64,000 nt of DNA from the human T2T-CHM13v2.0 reference genome, Homo sapiens. This document shows positions 26,547 through 43,533 of this stretch, in pieces. The translations under genes were made by a program, and so were the position numbers. The stretch lies in the NCBI RefSeq assembly GCF_009914755.1, contig NC_060944.1. One strand, 5' to 3'. The notes under the pieces are model-generated. The model searched no databases and was not told where the DNA came from. It saw only the letters and a list, made by a program, of their open reading frames with translations. Each line of letters begins with the position of its first letter. Positions within the stretch are counted from its first letter, which is position 1.

Positions 26547-27860
26547 CTACATCTTCACACAATGCTGGGAGGCAGCTGTTACCAACCCCATCTTACAGCC
26601 GGAGACCCTGAGGCTCAGGGAGGTAAGGGATGTGTGCAGAGACATGCACAAAGTGGAAAAATGTGAAAACAGACCTCATCGTGCAGTGTTATTGTGCAAT
26701 TTGAATTGAATGAGGGATAAGAATGTGAATGGATGCAGTCCACAGTAGGTGCTTAAGTCTTGCATGGGGTCTAATAGCCGGTGAGTGGCAAAAGGAGAAC
26801 TTGTACCCAGATCTGCCTCACCCCAGAGCCCACCTCTGAGCCTCTTCATCCATGGGAAGCCATCATCAGCATGGTGCCTGGCACCGAGTGAGCCTTTGAG
26901 AAAGGGTAACTGGGTCAAAAATTATTTTCAGAAAGTTGAAAACATGGATCTTATACAAATGTATAGTGAGCACATGTCAAAGTGTTATTTAACTCATTAA
27001 GGATGGAACCGGTAGGATGGCAAAGCTGACTCAAAGGAGGATAAAATGGCAAAGTTAGCTACGACATAGGTTAATGTCTTACAGGGCACCAAAACCATAA
27101 GCTTTAGCGTTATTTCTTCTACAGGTCAGAAATCATTTGCAACTCGTGCACTTTTTACAAGTTACCAGGTAACTTTGCTTAGGATCAGGTGACCCAGGCT
27201 CATCGGACACTGCCTTCGCTTGATATTGAAAGGGCACACAGACACCCTTTTTGTCTTATTTCCAAGTTTTGGATATTTTTTCTTTACAGTTATTATCATT
27301 CCACTTCTCTCTGACGAAAGGCTGTTCACAGGCCTCACAGGTTCCCAGGAGCCCAGGGACACGCAGACCCCACCCCACCCATTCACACAAGGACTCAAGG
27401 ACAGAGCCTCTACCCACAGATGAACTTGGGTGGTGCACAGGCACACGAGCTTGATGGCAGGGCACGCCCAGGCTGAAGGGGCCGGGTGGGAGCTAAAACG
27501 TGTGGTCTATGGTAGCCCAGCCTCTTTCCTCAGCAACCACGCCATGAAAAGATCCCTACATTATTTGTCAGGTAAAATAAAGCGACCCGTAGCTAGTGGC
27601 GCGAGATTCTATCCAGCTTAATACGTGTGTATGTGCAGACACATTTATGAGTGTTCATGCAGAGAAAACTCTCTGGGGAAATACCCCCTGAACTGACAGC
27701 CATGGGGAGTGAGGGTGAAGCGGAAACAATCTTGTAAAAGAAATTCAAAAACCGAAGCCCACTGCATTGTTTAAATTGGTTACGTCCAACTTGTTTTCCT
27801 GTGTTATCTGTCGCCTGTTAATACACACACACAAACACACACATAATAGAATGGGATAGA

Positions 27861-28239
<379 letters not shown>

Positions 28240-28256
<17 letters not shown>

Positions 28257-29090
28257 CGGGATATTATATTTCCATAAGGCCCTCCGGGGCTGGGAACGGA
28301 CTGGTGCTTGCGTGCGGGGCTTTTCCACTGGTTCCCTTCCGTACTCGGGCTTCCCCCGCTGTTGTTACTCCCTCAACGGGAACACAACTCCACCGCCGCC
28401 TCCGGGACACACCCCCGCCGCGTGGGCCGGGGTCCGGGACGCGCGCTCAGCTCGGCCCCGCGGGGGCGGCGCAGGAGGGAAGGGGGTGCGGACCCCGGAG
28501 GCGCCGCAGGAAGCCCTCGCCCACCCTTCCCGGCCGGGCCGGGTCCGCAGCTGACGGTGGGGGTGGGGAGCAGACGGGCGGGGCGCCGGCCGGCTTGGGG
28601 GTCCCCTGGTCCCGTCCAGGGGGCTCGGGCCGACTCCGGGCCAGCTGCGGGGGCCGGGGAGGGGACCCCGCTTTCCATGGCAGTGCCGAGGCGGCGCGCA
28701 CAAAGGCGCCGCGATCAGCGCTTCATCGGTTCGAGTCAATTATCTGAGGCGCGGAGGCGGCGGGCGGGGCGAGGCGATTCCCCGGTGGGGCTGCGGAGCG
28801 CGGCGCCGAGACTCAGAGGAGGGGGCGCTGGGGAAGCGGCTTCTCCGTCTCCTGCTCCGCCCCGGGCTTCGTGGCGAGGCGCCGTCGCCCCCTGGTGGGG
28901 CCTCATCCATTCCTCGCTCACTCGCTCGTTCACCTTTTTCTCAACCTTACAGCGGGTGGCTCTACGGTACGAGCTGAGGGTGAAGTGCTGAGAACAGGGC
29001 AAGTGGGCCGTACCTTTAAATGCCCTGTCGGGAGCTGGGCCCCTCTCAGTGGCCAACCTCACCAGGAAAGGGCGCTCAGCCTCGCGCTGC
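28240..29090. promoter_or_regulatory. Orphan CpG island
   Basis: About 800 bp of very high GC and CpG with many GGGCGG boxes; no credible CDS. Confidence 0.85.
28883..28900 (-). promoter_or_regulatory. CTCF binding motif
   Basis: CGCCCCCTGGTGG at 28886-28898 reads CCACCAGGGGGCG on the minus strand, the core CTCF consensus. Confidence 0.7.
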
Positions 29091-29743
29091 AGATGGACTT
29101 GGAAGCAGACCGTCAGAATGCAGCCCTCCCTGCACGTGATAGAGTAAGGGCCGCACAGGGGATGAGGGCCCGGGGAGGCCCTTCGGGAGAGGAAGAGTCC
29201 CAGATGGCTCTCTGGAGGAAGTCTGGCCTAAGATGACCAGGTGAAGGGGTGGGGGTCCAGGGAGATGAGGGCGTTGCAGGTAGAGGTTTCAGCTATTGCA
29301 AAGGGGTTGCAGTACGGGCAAGTAAGGTGCACTCTGGGGAGAGTAACCTGTACTTACTGTGCGAGGGGAGGGGAGGTGATCAGTGAGGTAGGTAAGTGGG
29401 CCAGGGCCAGATGGCACAGGGCCACCTGCAAGCGTGGGCTGAGGGTGGGTTGTCAGGTCGTTTCATCATTTCCAGTTTATCCTTCTCCCCTTTAGATTTG
29501 GAGAGGATTTGGCTGCCCTCACCCTTGTAAGGGTTTAGGCATCATTCGCCCTTGACTCCTGTCCAGTTGTCTCACTGGTCTCCCTGTATCCCTTATTTTG
29601 CCCTTCAATCTGCCTGCACCCATCCTCCAAAATGACCTTTTTAAAAGCAAAGTTCGGTGGCACTACTTTTCAAAATCACAAATGCACAGGATCTGTAACC
29701 TGCTGGTTGCACATGACAGAAACCGCATAATAATCATGGGTTA

Positions 29744-30405
<662 letters not shown>

Positions 30406-30565
30406 TAAAGCAGGCAGTCTAAAACTGGCATGGTGCTCTACGGTTCAGGAACCTAAACTCCTTTTGTCTTATTATGCTACCCCCTCAGTACATGGTTTCC
30501 ACTTCATGGCCCAATATGGCTGCTCAAACAGCAGCCCTCACATCTGCATCCCCAGATGGAGAGTC

Positions 30566-30858
30566 TTTTTTTTTTTTTGAGATGGAGTCTCCCTCTGTCA
30601 CCCAGCCTGGAGTGCAGTGGCCTGATCTTCGCTCACTGGAATCTCTGCCTCCCAGGTTCAAGTGATTCCCCTGCTCAGCCTCCTGAGTAGCTGGGACCAC
30701 AGGCACGTGCCACCACACCTGGCTAATTTTTTGTATTTTTAGTAGAGATGGGGTTTCACTGTGTTAGCCAGGATGGTCTCGATCTCCTGACCTTGTGATC
30801 CACCCACCTCGGCCTCCCAAAGTGCTGGGGTTACAGGTGTGAGCCACCGCGCCCAGCC
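30566..30858 (-). mobile_element. Alu (Y/Sc-like) inserted in an old MLT1 (~30400-31080)
   Basis: 'gttagccaggatggtctcgatctcctgac'; TSD CCCAGATGGAGAGTCTTTT. Confidence 0.92.
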
Positions 30859-31098
30859 CCCAGATGGAGAGTCTTTTAGTCATTAGAAAGGAGAAAGGAG
30901 CCAAGGAGGGAGGGAGGTTCCCTTAAAGACTCTTTCGGAAGTCACATACAATCTTCTTGTTGATGTTCCATTGGCTAAACTTGATCACATCACTACACTA
31001 AGCTACAAAGGAGGCTGAGAAATATGATCTGTGTTCTAGGCACCATGTGTCCAGATGAAAATTGAGGCTCTTATTTCAAAGGAAAAAGTTCAGTCCAT

Positions 31099-31473
<375 letters not shown>

Positions 31474-31489
31474 CTATAGGTTTGCTTAA

Positions 31490-32460
31490 CCCATGTGACA
31501 TTTGACACGTTTACAAGGTTATTCACTGCAGCATTGTGACAGCAAAAGACTGGAAACAACCTAAGTGTCCTGTAATAGGGGACTGGTTAAACAAATTATG
31601 GGACATTTATACAATGGAGAATGATGGCCACAAACACACATGAGGAAACTCTCAATGCAGTGATATGAAATGGTATTTAAGATGTTTCACTTTGGAAAAC
31701 AGTTTGGCAGTTTCTTATAGAGTTAAACATACATCTCTCCTATGACCCAGCAAGTTCACCTCTAGGTTTTTGCTCAAAATAAAAATATATATGTATATAT
31801 AGCTCCACAAGGACTTCTATGCAAATGTTCAACAGAGTTTAACATGTGATAGACAACAATTGGAAGCGACCCAAGATCGAACAGCCAATGAATGGATAAA
31901 CTGGTGAGTCAAATATTACACTGGAGTTTAAATGAGTGATCCAATGTCTGCAACCACATGGATGAATCTCAAAACATGCTGAATGAAAACAAGCTGGATA
32001 CAAAAAATAGCATGTTGTAATGATGCCGTTTATATGAAATTCTAGAAGAGGCAAAACAGACCAATCTATGATGACAGAAAGCAGAGCAGTGGCTGCCTCT
32101 GGGGTGGAGGGATGGACTGGGAAGGAGCATAAAAGAATTTCTTGGGATGCTGGAAATGTTCTGTATCATGATTGGGGTGTTGATTACACAGGTGCATTTC
32201 ACTGCATGTAAATTATACCTTGATATTTTTAAAAAGCAGGGTGCAGAACAATGTTTAAATTATGGAATCCGGTATGTTTAAAAAGCAAGGAAATTTGCTT
32301 GTATCTGCATTGACTGTCTAGAAGAGACTTGTAATAGTGATTGTCGGTGGGAGAGGAACTGGGTAGCTGGGGGCTGGGGAAAAGGGACACTTTGGGCCAT
32401 ACCCTGTTATACCTGTTGAATCTTAAACCAGTTGAATGTACTACCTAATTAAAAACTAAA
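31490..32460 (+). mobile_element. L1ME-type 3' end fragments
   Basis: 'ctggaaacaacctaagtgtcc', 'catggatgaatctcaaaacatgctgaatgaaa'. Confidence 0.75.
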
Positions 32461-33079
32461 ACTGAAAAGATCAGTTAGATGCACACGTGACATCACCACA
32501 TTCATGTTTTAAATCTCCTAATGGCTCTTCCCGGCAATCTGGACGAAGTTCAGACTCTGAGCTGTCCTGGCCTTATGTGGCCCCACTCAGGCAGCATCCT
32601 CTCCAACCACTTTTCTGTTCCCTGCAGAGACAGCTCAGTGCCTGGCTCCCTCTGGTTGGCCTAAGTGCATATGTGCCATTCCCTGAGTGCTCAGCTCCTC
32701 GGTGAATTCTCCCCAGCCCCCTGCCTGAGTTGGTCCCTCGGGTCTCACTGGACCTGCTGCACTTTGCCTTCCCCCTTCCTCATCTATCAGATCAACACGT
32801 GTTTCCCAGAGCTCTCTGTGAGCTGGACCCCAGAGTCCTGGAGATGTGTGGGAGCCACCTTTATGGGGGAACCTGCTTCCTTGTTTCTGCTTCAGACAGC
32901 AGGCTTCTCCTGCCCTGAGACTCCCAGCAGCGTCTCCTCTTCCCAGGCCCAGATCTGGCCTGGGGTAGAAACTTTGATAAAATGTGCTGTCTTTAAGTTA
33001 AATATGGCTCCATAAAGAATGCATTCCATGACAAGAACCAACAGAGCCCTGGTTTCTTAGAAGATACAGAGAAAACACA

Positions 33080-33845
33080 CTGTTGTGGGAGAATTGTGTC
33101 TGCCAAAAAGATACATCCCAGCTCTAACCCTGGGACCTGTGATTGTGACCTTATTTGGAAACAGGGTTTAGGCAGATGTAGTCAGGTCAGGGTGAGGTAA
33201 TACTGGATTAGAGTGGGCTACTCCAATGACTGGTGCCCTTAAAGAGGGAAACAGACAGAGGAGAACACCACGTGACCACAGAGGCGAAGATGGGAGTGAT
33301 GCATCCACAAGCCAAAGAAGGCCAAGGAGGCTTGCAGTCATAAAAGCTGGGGAGAAGCGAGGAAGTGTCCTCCCTTAGGGCTTTCAGAGAGAGCATGGCC
33401 TTGCCAGCACCTTGATTTCAGACTTTTAGCCTCCAGCACTGTGAGAATACATTTCAGTTGTCTTAACCTACCTGGTTTGTGGTTATTTGTTCTTTTTTTA
33501 AATTTTTTATTTATTTATTTATTTTTGAGACAGAGTCTCACTCTGTCACCCAGGCTGGAGTGCAATGGTGTGATCTTGGCTCAGTGTGACTTCCACCTTC
33601 TGAGTTCAAGTGATTCTCCTGCCTCAGGCTCTGGAGTAGCTGGGATTACAGGCACCTGCCACCACACCTGGCTAATTTTTGTATTTTCAGTAGAGACGTG
33701 GTTCCACTGGGTTGGCCAGGCTGGTTTTGAACTCCTGGTCTCAACTGATCCGCCTGTCTTGGCCTCCCAAAGTGCTGAGATCACAGGCATGAGCTACCGC
33801 ACCTGGCCTGTGGTTGTTACTGTAGTCCCAGGAAATGAATACACA
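33080..33845 (+). mobile_element. MaLR LTR (MLT1B/C-like), interrupted by Alu
   Basis: 'acctgtgattgtgaccttatttggaaa', 'cttgatttcagacttttagcctccag'. Confidence 0.8.
33494..33808 (-). mobile_element. Alu (S-type)
   Basis: Reverse Alu. Confidence 0.9.
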
Positions 33846-33897
33846 CACAAAACCAGTTAATACCTAAGACAATTCCAGCTAGTGGCAAGTGCTTTGG

Positions 33898-33938
33898 AAA
33901 AACAAAACAAAACAAAACAAAACAAAACAAAACAAAAC
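33898..33938. repeat. (CAAAA)n microsatellite
   Basis: Direct reading. Confidence 0.95.
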
Positions 33939-34942
33939 AGGTGAGAAGGGCATGGGATAGAGAGGGACTGGGAACGGTGCCACATTAGCCAGGGTGGTCA
34001 GGGAAGCCCTCTTGGAGGAGGAGGCATTTCAGTGGAGAGGAGAAGCCCAGCATGTGAGGACCAGGCAGAGGTGCTGGTGAGGGGGCACTTGGTGGGCGTG
34101 AAAGCTACTGGATGCAGCTCTGACGATGGAGGATACCTGACTGGGATTTTGGGGGAAGTCTCCAGGAATGAACCGGGAAGGGGCTATCCTCTCTTTGCCT
34201 CTGCAGGTCTCAGAACCTGCTGCATGGCTGCTGCAGGTTGTCCCTCGGCCTAGGCCGGCTGGCAGCCGATGAAGGAGGCCAGCCTCGCAGCTGACATGCT
34301 GCTCTCTAATTGTGATTAACTACCAAGTCCTCTCCTGCTCCGGCCTGAGGCCGCTGGTGTGACAGCTGCAGAGTGAATCAATGAGGCCAGGAAGGGGTTA
34401 ATGGGCAGCCCCTCCATCTGAGCCCTTCAGACAATAAGGGGAGGTGGGGAGGCCTCTGGTGGGGGTGTGTGGCATCAGCTGGGGTGAGTGAATGGAGGGG
34501 ACAGAGGCCTTGTCCCTGGGGACAGGGTGTGAGTGCTCTGTGGGGAGAGGGGTCAGACCCCCCTCCCATTATTTTCATCCACCTCCATCGTCCTCTCCCC
34601 TCCCCCACCCAGCCAGAGCATCCCAGACAACTGCCCTCTTGGCTCCAAAGTGTGCAGCATCTTCAGCCTTACGGAATTCTGAAGCAGAAATTCTAAAAGC
34701 CAAAGAACTGCAGAATCGTGACATGTCACCGCTGTGGGAGAGTCCGTCTAGTCCTGTCATTCTGAAACTTTCTTTTGCAGTGGAACCCACAACTCCCACC
34801 CCAGCTCATTTCCCCCCAAAATAATAGTGCATTGATAACATTGAGAACAGACCCTGGTACCAGCCTGCCTCATTCATCCTTCATTCAGCCCCGGTTCTAC
34901 CACGTACAACTAGGGTAACTTGGGGGTATAATGCATAGTTTA

Positions 34943-34945
<3 letters not shown>

Positions 34946-34978
<33 letters not shown>

Positions 34979-35080
34979 TTCCCTAGAGGCAGAGTCTTGC
35001 TATATTGCCCAGGCTGGTCTTGAACTCCTGGGCACATGCAGTTCTCCAGCCTTGGCCTTCTGAGTGGCTGGCTCACACCA
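34946..35080 (-). repeat. (TG)n microsatellite (34946-34977) followed by an Alu monomer (FLAM-like)
   Basis: Direct reading; 'ttgcccaggctggtcttgaactcctggg'. Confidence 0.8.
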
Positions 35081-35243
35081 CCGTATTCAGTAGTTCCGTA
35101 GGTTTTGACAAGTTTGTAAGTTATGTAACCACCACCACAATTAATATATAGAACATTTCCATCGCTGAAAAATGTTGCCTCATGCCCCTTGTAGTCAATA
35201 CCCTTCCCTGTGTTACCTGATATGGTAGCATGAATAAAGGTCA

Positions 35244-35567
<324 letters not shown>

Positions 35568-35574
35568 TTAGTGA

Positions 35575-35865
35575 TTCTAATCCTTGAACTGTGTAAATGT
35601 TACCTTATTTGGATAAAGGATCTTTGCAGATGTAATTAAGAGGCAGAGGTTGGAGTGATGTGGCCCAAAGCAAAGAACACCAGGAGGCTCCCAGAACCAG
35701 AAGGGGCAAGGAATGGATTCTGCTCTAGAGCCTCCAGAGGTAGAGTGGCTCTGCCAACACCTTGATTTCAAATGCCTGGCTTCAGAACTGAAAGAGAATA
35801 CACTTCTGTTGTTTTAAGCCTCTCAGTGTGTGGTACTTTTTTACAGTAGTCTTTACAAACAAATA
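35575..35865 (+). mobile_element. MaLR LTR (MLT1D-like)
   Basis: 'ctttgcagatgtaattaag', 'ggattctgctctagagcctccaga'. Confidence 0.75.
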
Positions 35866-35869
35866 TACC

Positions 35870-37201
<1,332 letters not shown>

Positions 37202-37309
37202 TTATTGCAATCACTATGGGGTTATGTCCTGTCCAGGACAAAACCAGAGGTGAAAACTCAAAAAAAAACTCAGGTGGGCCAGGAGGAGGCTGTGGGGACC
37301 AGTGAGCTC

Positions 37310-37590
37310 ATGTCCCATCTTGAAGGTCAAGGTCCCGGGAAGCAGCTCCTGAGATGGAAATCTGCATGTGGGTGGTTTTCCAGGTAGTGCTCTTAGGATC
37401 TTGGAGGAGCCAGGGAAGCAGGCTCGGGCAGTTGCAATAGAGGCCTTGACCAGTCCCATCAGGAGCTGGGCCAGCCCTTAGGACATGTCACAGCCTGAGA
37501 CAGGGAGGTCACGCCTCTGTACTCTGCAAGATCAGACTTTGGAGTGGTTGCCCACAGGAGAGATGTTATTAATATCTTGGGTGAAGCAGC
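37310..37590. mobile_element. LTR33-like ERVL LTR fragment
   Basis: 'ccccgggaagcagctcctgagatggaaatctgcatg...gtgctcttaggatc'. Confidence 0.5.
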
Positions 37591-37746
37591 CCTTTTAAGC
37601 TGGTGCCTTGATCCGGGTGATGGCTTTGAGGTGGAAAACAAGCCTGAGTGGTTTCAGCTTTCAACTTTTCAAGAGAAGCTATGTATCTAGATTTTGATGT
37701 TAACTCTCCAAACTTTTTTAAAATGCTGGAAATTCTAGACTTTTCA

Positions 37747-38222
<476 letters not shown>

Positions 38223-38522
38223 TCACGCTAGTGTCTGGTTGCCGCACTGGAGAGGACACCCCATGGGGCAGGAATCTTTGGGTTTTGATCTCCACCACAT
38301 CCCCAGCATGTAGGGCAGGGTCCAGGCCTGGATGCAGCACGAGAGAAGGAACGCAGGGCCCGAATGAGTAATTTGCCTCAGTGTGCAGGTTATTTAATTG
38401 CAAAGAGAGGAAAAACGACAACAAAAAACAACCAAATGAAAAAATGAGCAAAGGATTTGAATAGACATTTCTCCAAAGATGTACAAGTGGCCAATAAACA
38501 GAGGAAAAGATGCTCAGCGTCA

Positions 38523-38984
<462 letters not shown>

Positions 38985-40592
38985 TCAGTGCCTCCATTTC
39001 CTCCTCTGTAACGTGAGAGTAAAAATACTACTCATACCTACCTCGTAGGGCTGTCATGAGGACTGAATAAGTGCATAGGTACAGACATGCTTAGGACAGT
39101 ATCAGCACATGCAGGAATTACATGGGAGTTGGCTGTTAATATTATTACAGGAGTGGATCAAATCCATCTCTGCCATGGACTTGCTGTGTGACCTAGTGCA
39201 GGTCACTTTGCCTCTCTTGGTCCAGTTTTCTCACTTGTAAAATGGGACCATACTGCCACTCTCCATAGGGCAAGTGTGCGGATTCGAGGAGCTCATATGT
39301 GAAAGGCCTCCTTCAGGCGCAAGGTTGGTCCTTGGTTATGCACGTATGTGAGCCTCTTGGCGTGCCTTCATATGTGGGGCATAGGCAAGCACTCAAGTGG
39401 CCTGGACTCCTATCTCGGCTCTCAATGCCCCCGCTTCCTGGCCTGGGATCAGCAGGACCTCAGTGGATCCACCATCCAGGCACATCCCTTTCTTTCCCTG
39501 CTTTTTTCCTGCTTCTTGGGCGGCACCACCACCTACTGGCCCAAAGCTACATTGCAGCCAATGTGCACAGGGGGGCGGAGGGAAGGGAATATGGCCTTGG
39601 GCAGCTGCTGTGCGCAGAATATTTACCTCTGTACACGCTTAGGGTGCTGAGGCTTAGGGAGCTCACACGGAGAGAGCCAGCTGTGAAGCTGGGGTTAGAA
39701 TCCCTGTCTCCCTTTCACCTCACTCCAAACACCCTCTTAGAATGGGAACTCAGTTCAGGTTCTGCCTTGGGCCCTAGACGATCCACCCCTCCCTTCTGAG
39801 CAGGGAGCCAGGAGCTGAAGTCCAGGGTCCTTGGAAGTATGTCAGGGTTGTCCCCCCAGGGTCCTGATTACAGAAGAAAGAACACTGGACTCAGAGTCCA
39901 GAGGTTGGGGGTCTAGCTTTGCCTTCCCTATCCCCAACTATCAGCAAAACAGCCTTTGGAAAATCCTCACCCATTTATTCTAGCACTTGTCATTTCGAAA
40001 TATATTTACTGTGGGAGAGCATTTAATGTGAGTGTTAGGTTCTAACGCAAGGAGAAAATTATAAAAATAAACAAAAACTTTTAAAGAACTCCTAAAAATC
40101 CTTTAAGTCACTCATAAAGTATAATATGGGCAGTTTTCTAAATATAGTCCTTTGCAGCAATAAATGCACGGACCATAAAGAACAGCAGTATATGGTGGTG
40201 ATTGCATGCATTTGCGAACTGTAATTTTAGGTTCTGTTCTCTCTCAGGGGTGTGTGGGATTCCGAGCTGTGGATCCACACCCCCACATCTCTCTCACAGC
40301 TGGGATCATGTCCAGGCAGAATCGCCCACATTGTGTACATCATTCTCCCTTCTCTCTCTCTTTCTGAGCGCACATAGCTGCATTTCCGAAGTTACATAAT
40401 AAAAACAGCTAACATTTATTGAGCTTTCATTATGTATTAGGCCTGCTCGCAGCCCTTTGCTCACGCATTAATTCATTAATTCAGATAATCCTCCTAAGAA
40501 TGTTATGAGGTAGGTATATTATTATCTCTTCTCTTTACAGATGAGGAAACTGAGGCACTGAATGGTTAAGTAACTAGCCCAAGGTCAAATAG

Positions 40593-40953
40593 TGTACCAC
40601 CCAGCCCGAAGGCGTTCACCTTGTTCCCGGGTAGGATCGCAGAACTGGTTAAGCTAGGTTACCGATCCGGGTGGTGTCAGCTGATCCCTCAGCTGCTGTA
40701 GTGCAAGATCTGCAAAATATCTCAAGCACTGATCTTAGGTTTTGCAATAGTGACACTGTCCCCAGGAACAACTTGGGGAGGTTCAGACCCTTGCTGTCGG
40801 AGGCTGCACAGCCCCTAAACCTTGATTTCTAATCTTGTAGCTAATTTGTTAGTCTTACAAAGGCAGACTGGTCCCCGGGCAAGAAGTGGATCTTTTCAGG
40901 AAAGGGCTATTGTCATAATTTCCTCAGTTACAATTTTTGCAAAGGTGGTTTCA
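40593..40953 (-). mobile_element. Short (361 bp) LTR8-family ERV1 solo LTR inserted into a MIR
   Basis: Minus strand TGAAACCACCTTTGCAAAA...GGTACA; 4 bp TSD ATAG; clear homology to 55529-56539. Confidence 0.8.
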
Positions 40954-41268
40954 ATAGCCAGTGAGTGGTACAGCCTGAATTTGAAGGCAGGAAGTCCGGG
41001 ACGAGAACCCACACTCTTGACTGGCATACTTGCCACCTGAATGGAGGCTCCATAGAGCCACGCGTGCATGCTTGTGTACCTGTTGTCAGCCCGCAAGCTC
41101 CGTTAGGCAGGCTAGAACCTGATCCAGGTTAACTTTGCATCCTTAGTGCTGGTTCTTTCCATCCAGGGCCCCACTCAGGGTATATGCTCAGTGACTGTTG
41201 TACAAATGCATAAAGCTCAGTTTGCATAAAGCTCACTTCAGCTTCTGTATCTGTAAGACAAGAATCAG

Positions 41269-41631
<363 letters not shown>

Positions 41632-41648
41632 TTAAAGACACTGATGTG

Positions 41649-42325
<677 letters not shown>

Positions 42326-42389
42326 ACACTAAATTCTCCTTTGCCCACCTCCTGCTTGGTCCCTTCTTGAATTTTCAAGCTGCTCAACC

Positions 42390-42560
42390 AAGTGGCCTGC
42401 ACCAGCTTGGGAGAGCTAATCGTGTGTATCTGTACCCAACTCTACATTCAGTAACATCATGTTTGTAGCTCGAAATCAGCAATGGTGAGTATTTACACTA
42501 TGGCAATTGGCAAATGCTTCAAACAGGAGTTTTCCCCTCTAGAGATGTTAAACGTTTGCC
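42390..42560 (+). mobile_element. MER63-like hAT relic
   Basis: 'cccaactctacattcagtaacatca...gagtatttacac...ggcaaatgct'. Confidence 0.6.
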
Positions 42561-43449
42561 AGGAGGAAATCAATCCTCTAATGGCCACCTTCAAGGAGGC
42601 AACACAGTGGAGTGATCATGCTTGTTGGCTCTGGAGCCAGAACACCTGGGTTCAAAGTCCAGCTCTATCACTTACCAGCTGTGTGACCTTGTTCAGTTAC
42701 TTAACCTCTCTGAGCCTCATTAGTCTCATTCATGATTACGTATTTCACTGGGGACTCAATGCCATCTTCCATATAAGTGCTCTCTCAATTAATGTTATAT
42801 ATTAATATTATCAATCAGCTTAAGAGGTGGGGAAACTTTCTTGTTTTCCATCCTAGGAAAGGGAGTGCTGAGGACAGGACTTGCAGTGTCAAAAAGGAAC
42901 CTCAAAAACGGCAATGTGTAACTGCAGGTCTGGGCCATTTTTGAGGGTCTCTTGAGCATTGGCAGACCAGATCTTTATGCCAACACAGTTTGTGCGTGTG
43001 GGGGTTAGAGGAGGAGAGGCCTTCTCAGTTCTTTGCAGGAAAGGCTACTGTTAGCTCTAGAGCCCAGAACAGATTTAGGGGGAGAGATGATCTAACCAAA
43101 CTTTCCCTCTGCCCTCGGCTTGCCAGTCTTCTCGCTAGTGAACACTCCCAGTGTGAGGTAGAGGGTTCCCTGTTCCACCTCCTTCCTCCCTCTGTAGAGG
43201 AGGTATGCATTGGGGCAGGTGTGTGTAAGGCCCTCCTGGGGTACCCCTCCAGGGAATCTTCCCATCTTCTCCAGTACTGCCCCATCTGACATCCTGCCTG
43301 AAGCCACAGGTTTCCCTTGCAATCACTAAAGAAGCAGGAGGGAACCAGCAGAACTCCCTGCCCATGTGCACAGGAGGTGATCCAGAAACTTCAAGGGGAA
43401 AAATCCTGCTCTCCACCCCAGCAGGCATTGATTTTTGGCTGCGAAGATT

Positions 43450-43453
<4 letters not shown>

Positions 43454-43531
<78 letters not shown>
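43454..43531. repeat. Compound (TC)n(CA)n microsatellite
   Basis: Direct reading. Confidence 0.97.

Positions 43532-43533
<2 letters not shown>

Noticed and set aside
26910-27160. AT-rich segment resembling an old LTR or DNA transposon
   Set aside because: Could not assign a family or ends with confidence.
28304-28991. 227-aa and other ORFs in the CpG island
   Set aside because: Low-complexity Arg/Gly/Pro/Ala ORFs in multiple frames, typical of CpG islands; no domain or splice support.
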